Source: Planctomycetota bacterium
Lineage (GTDB): Bacteria; Planctomycetota; UBA11346
DNA: 64,000 bases
Direction: 5' to 3'
NCBI GenBank assembly: GCA_038231435.1
Contig: JBBRLJ010000021.1
Span: 31,868-95,867, forward strand
Part shown: positions 61,188 through 64,000 of the stretch, in pieces
Numbering within the stretch: the first letter of the stretch is position 1
Layout: every line of letters starts with the position of its first letter
Program-made: the position numbers and the translations under genes
Notes under the pieces: generated by a model
Told to the model about the DNA's origin: nothing
The model's input: only the letters and a program-made list of their open reading frames with translations
Database searches by the model: none

Positions 61188-62369
61188 ATGTCCAGCCAGA
61201 TCATCCTCGGAACCCGCAAGGGCACGCTCATCTTGGACCGCAAGGCCGGCAGCTGGAAGCCGCGTCCGATCGCTCACGCCGGCATGTCGATCAGCTACGC
61301 CGCGCGCGATGCCCGCGACGGGACGATCTGGGCGGCGATGGATCACGCGCATTGGGGGCCGAAGCTCTCGCGCTCGAAGGACGACGGCGCGACGTGGGAG
61401 AATCTCTCCCAGCTCGCCTACCCCAAGGGCGCGCGCTTCGTCGAGCAGCACCTCCCGACGCCGGACCTGGATCCGAGCGTTGAACAGCCGACGACTTTGA
61501 AGGCTGCCTCGCTGCTCAAGGTCTGGGTGCTCGCCTTCGGCGGTAAGGAGCAGCCCGGGACGATCCATGCGGGCACGATGCCCGGTGGGCTGTTCACCAG
61601 CCGCGACGGCGGCGACACCTGGGAGTTGAATCGTCCGCTGTGGAACCACGAGAGCCGCGGCGGCGATCTCTTCGCCGGCAACCCCACATCGAGGAACGAC
61701 TGGGGCGGCACGCCGGCTGCCGTGGGCTATGGCGAGTTCGTCCCTGGCATCCATTCGATCGCCGTCGATCCGCGCGACCCCGGACGCATGCTTCTCGGCG
61801 TCTCCAGCGCCGGCGTCGTCGGTACGACCGACGGCGGAAAGTCCTGGAAGGCGATGAACAAGGGCGTGCTCAACGACTACCTTCCCAACCCCGAGTCCGA
61901 GTGGGGTCACGACCCGCACTTCATCACCCAATGCCCGAACGACCCGGATCGGCTCTGGCAGCAGAATCATTGCGGTGTGTTCTTCAGCGAGGACTGCGCC
62001 CGGACGTGGAAGCGCGTCAGCCACAAGGACCAGGCCGTCCACTTCGGATTCCCGATCGCGGTCGACGAACGCGACGGCCGCACGGCGTGGGTCGTTCCGG
62101 CCCACAGCGACGCCCAGCGCATGGCGGTCAGCGGTGGCATCTTCGTCGCGCGCACCACGGACGGAGGCGCGAGCTGGAAGACGCTGCGCAAGGGGCTCCC
62201 CCAGGAGAACGCCTACGACATCGTCTACCGGCACGGCCTCGACGTTCGTGGCGATGTCGTCTGCTTCGGAAGCACGACCGGCAATGTCTATGTCTCCGAG
62301 GATCGCGGCGACAGCTGGCAGTGCGTCGGCAACAACCTGCCCCCGATCCACTCCGTGCGCATCTCCTGA
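61188..62369 (+). CDS. BNR/Asp-box beta-propeller (sialidase-fold) protein
   Basis: Repeated S.DGG.TW boxes, LGTRKG, HSIAVDP, DPH, QQNHCG, FGFP, GSTTG, NLPPI. Confidence 0.88.
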   Translation: MSSQIILGTRKGTLILDRKAGSWKPRPIAHAGMSISYAARDARDGTIWAAMDHAHWGPKLSRSKDDGATWENLSQLAYPKGARFVEQHLPTPDLDPSVEQPTTLKAASLLKVWVLAFGGKEQPGTIHAGTMPGGLFTSRDGGDTWELNRPLWNHESRGGDLFAGNPTSRNDWGGTPAAVGYGEFVPGIHSIAVDPRDPGRMLLGVSSAGVVGTTDGGKSWKAMNKGVLNDYLPNPESEWGHDPHFITQCPNDPDRLWQQNHCGVFFSEDCARTWKRVSHKDQAVHFGFPIAVDERDGRTAWVVPAHSDAQRMAVSGGIFVARTTDGGASWKTLRKGLPQENAYDIVYRHGLDVRGDVVCFGSTTGNVYVSEDRGDSWQCVGNNLPPIHSVRIS

Positions 62370-62372
62370 CGC

Positions 62373-62645
62373 ATGCCGCACGTCGCGTTCACCAGCCACC
62401 TGCAGGTGTTCTTCCCGGGTCTGCGCGATGGCGAGACGGCAGGAACGACGGTGCGCGAGGTGATCGACGAGCTCGAGCGCCGTCACCCCGGCCTCGCCTC
62501 GTATATCATCGATGAGACCGGCAGGCTGCGCCGGCACGTGAACATCTTCGTCGGCGATGAACCGATCCACGATCGCGCGAAGCTCAGCGACGCGCTACGG
62601 TCCGAGGACAGGGTCTTCATCCTCCAAGCGCTCTCGGGGGGATGA
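62373..62645 (+). CDS. MoaD/ThiS-family ubiquitin-like protein
   Basis: G.TVREVI..L...HPGL, LRRHVNIFV, C-terminal ALSGG. Confidence 0.9.
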   Translation: MPHVAFTSHLQVFFPGLRDGETAGTTVREVIDELERRHPGLASYIIDETGRLRRHVNIFVGDEPIHDRAKLSDALRSEDRVFILQALSGG

Positions 62646-62889
62646 TTGCGGGAACGCTACCGGATGACCGTCTGGTGGGATGCGCTTCGGTAGCGAACAA
62701 TCCTCTCGGTCATGGCTGGGGCTTTCTGGTGAGAAGCATCGGACAGCCCGGCGCATTTCCGGTGCGAGCTATAATTTCCTCCGCGTGAGCTGGCCGTCGC
62801 CGAAGCACGTCAGCGGCTGTCGATGGCCCGCCGGGCTGGAGCGTGGGTGCCGAGGCGCAGCCCGTAGCCGTATGGCCTGAGGAGGGGCC

Positions 62890-63741
62890 TCAGCGAAAGG
62901 AGATGCCGATGCCAGCTCCGGGGTACCAGTGGCCTTCCGGCTCTTCCTTGAAGAAGAGGAAATTGCGCTGATTTTCGAGGGAGAATCGCGACAAGGCATC
63001 GGTGGCGTGGGCGTTGTCGCCGAGAATGATGGCATTCTCCGAGAGCTTGCCCTTGATGACTTGGTATTCGCGGTATTCGTACTCGGCCGAATGGTCGGAG
63101 TCATTGATGAAGAGATCGATGGTTTCCTGAAGCTGGGTCAAGCTCGCGATCGAATCCCCGACGAGGATCTTGCCGAGCGTCTGATAGGGCTCCGCGAGTA
63201 GATAGCCGGCATCCTCCTGGATATCGGTACCGAAATATCTGCCCTGGTGGCCCTCTTCGGCGTTCTTCTTGAGGGCGCGGCAGAGCGCCAGGGCACCCAG
63301 CCCCTTATCTACCCCGGTCTCGACCACGACCTTCGGCTTGGTCGCCCGGGTGATCGCGTACCAACCGATCCTGCGACCGAACTCGCAACGCTCGTCAGCG
63401 GCGTCGCGGTAAGGACTCTTGCGAGTGGTTTCGATGACGAGGCGTTTCAGCGCCTGGTCCTCGGTTATCTCATCGATGTAGCTACGGATCTCCGTTACGG
63501 GACGACCGGTCACCACCGACACGCATTGAGCGAGGTAGAGCAGGTTCGAGCGCTTCAACGGGTAGGTGAAGTTCGAAACCTCGTTGGAGGTCCTGAGCCA
63601 ACTGCGGATGAGACGATATCGCGGCTCGAAGTACGATCTGGCCATCGCCCGACGCGCCCGGGTAATGAGGCGGCGGCGGTATGCCTGGACTATCCCGGAT
63701 AGTCCGACGTGGATGAGCAATCGTCCGATGAGGCGCTTCAT
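62890..63741 (-). CDS. Class I SAM-dependent methyltransferase (Methyltransf_24-like)
   Basis: VVETGVDKG, GTDI, GDS, DLFINDSDH, GDN. Visibly less GC-rich than its neighbours. Confidence 0.85.
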   Translation of the reverse strand: MKRLIGRLLIHVGLSGIVQAYRRRLITRARRAMARSYFEPRYRLIRSWLRTSNEVSNFTYPLKRSNLLYLAQCVSVVTGRPVTEIRSYIDEITEDQALKRLVIETTRKSPYRDAADERCEFGRRIGWYAITRATKPKVVVETGVDKGLGALALCRALKKNAEEGHQGRYFGTDIQEDAGYLLAEPYQTLGKILVGDSIASLTQLQETIDLFINDSDHSAEYEYREYQVIKGKLSENAIILGDNAHATDALSRFSLENQRNFLFFKEEPEGHWYPGAGIGISFR

Positions 63742-63798
63742 GCGCGCTTCTTCAAGGTCACCGAGCAACCGAGGCAGGGCTCGCGTACGAGCCGCCGA

Positions 63799-63882
63799 TC
63801 ACTCCCACTCGATCGTCCCCGGCGGCTTCGACGTGATGTCGTACACCACCCGGTTGATCCCGCGCACCTCGTTGATGATGCG
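63799..63882 (-). mobile_element. guaA: Isolated, undegraded 3' end of guaA: probable att site of an integrative element
   Basis: Encodes [27 protein letters not shown], the canonical GMP synthase C-terminus. The upstream in-frame sequence ([11 protein letters not shown]) is not GuaA-like. Confidence 0.88.
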
Positions 63883-64000
63883 GACGAGACGGCATCGAAC
63901 ACGCCTGTTGCTCATAGCGCAGGTATTGTGGAGTCATTGTAGGGGTTTCAAAGAGATGGCGCTCCGCAGTGGTACCACAAAAAGTGCCACAGTCGAGACG

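Overview
High-GC bacterial chromosome segment. Gene content (membrane Ser/Thr kinases, a DUF1570-like HExxH-TPR protein, a His6-type hisA, a GYF_2-like protein) suggests Planctomycetota/PVC, which is inference only. Housekeeping genes include purA, uppS, dapF, apt, tRNA-Arg(CCT), a TrmH-family methyltransferase, tig, hisA and nadA. Accessory blocks: two tandem ABC exporters; a ~19 kb stress/osmoadaptation block (glycosyltransferase, decayed glf, DUF1328, AI-2E, two BON proteins, a sigma-54 activator, a 2955-aa cyclic beta-1,2-glucan synthase) with three clear sigma-54 promoters; and a metal-homeostasis locus. The best candidates for new biology are: (1) a ribbon-helix-helix plus Cys/His-finger regulator with a 21-bp palindrome (perfect 9-bp arms) over the promoter shared by a divergent CDF exporter and a Zn/Mn-type ABC importer that has no binding protein; (2) a three-copy structured intergenic repeat with extensive compensatory base changes; (3) an unannotated ~170-nt ncRNA with its own promoter and terminator; (4) a CutF/CruR-like leader gene upstream of a CxxC outer-membrane barrel; (5) two inverted guaA 3'-end remnants (att scars) bracketing a beta-propeller plus ubiquitin-like MoaD/ThiS gene pair, with a probable integrative element starting at the right edge. 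No CRISPR array, rRNA, integrase or transposase was seen. All calls come from motif reading by eye; no searches were run.
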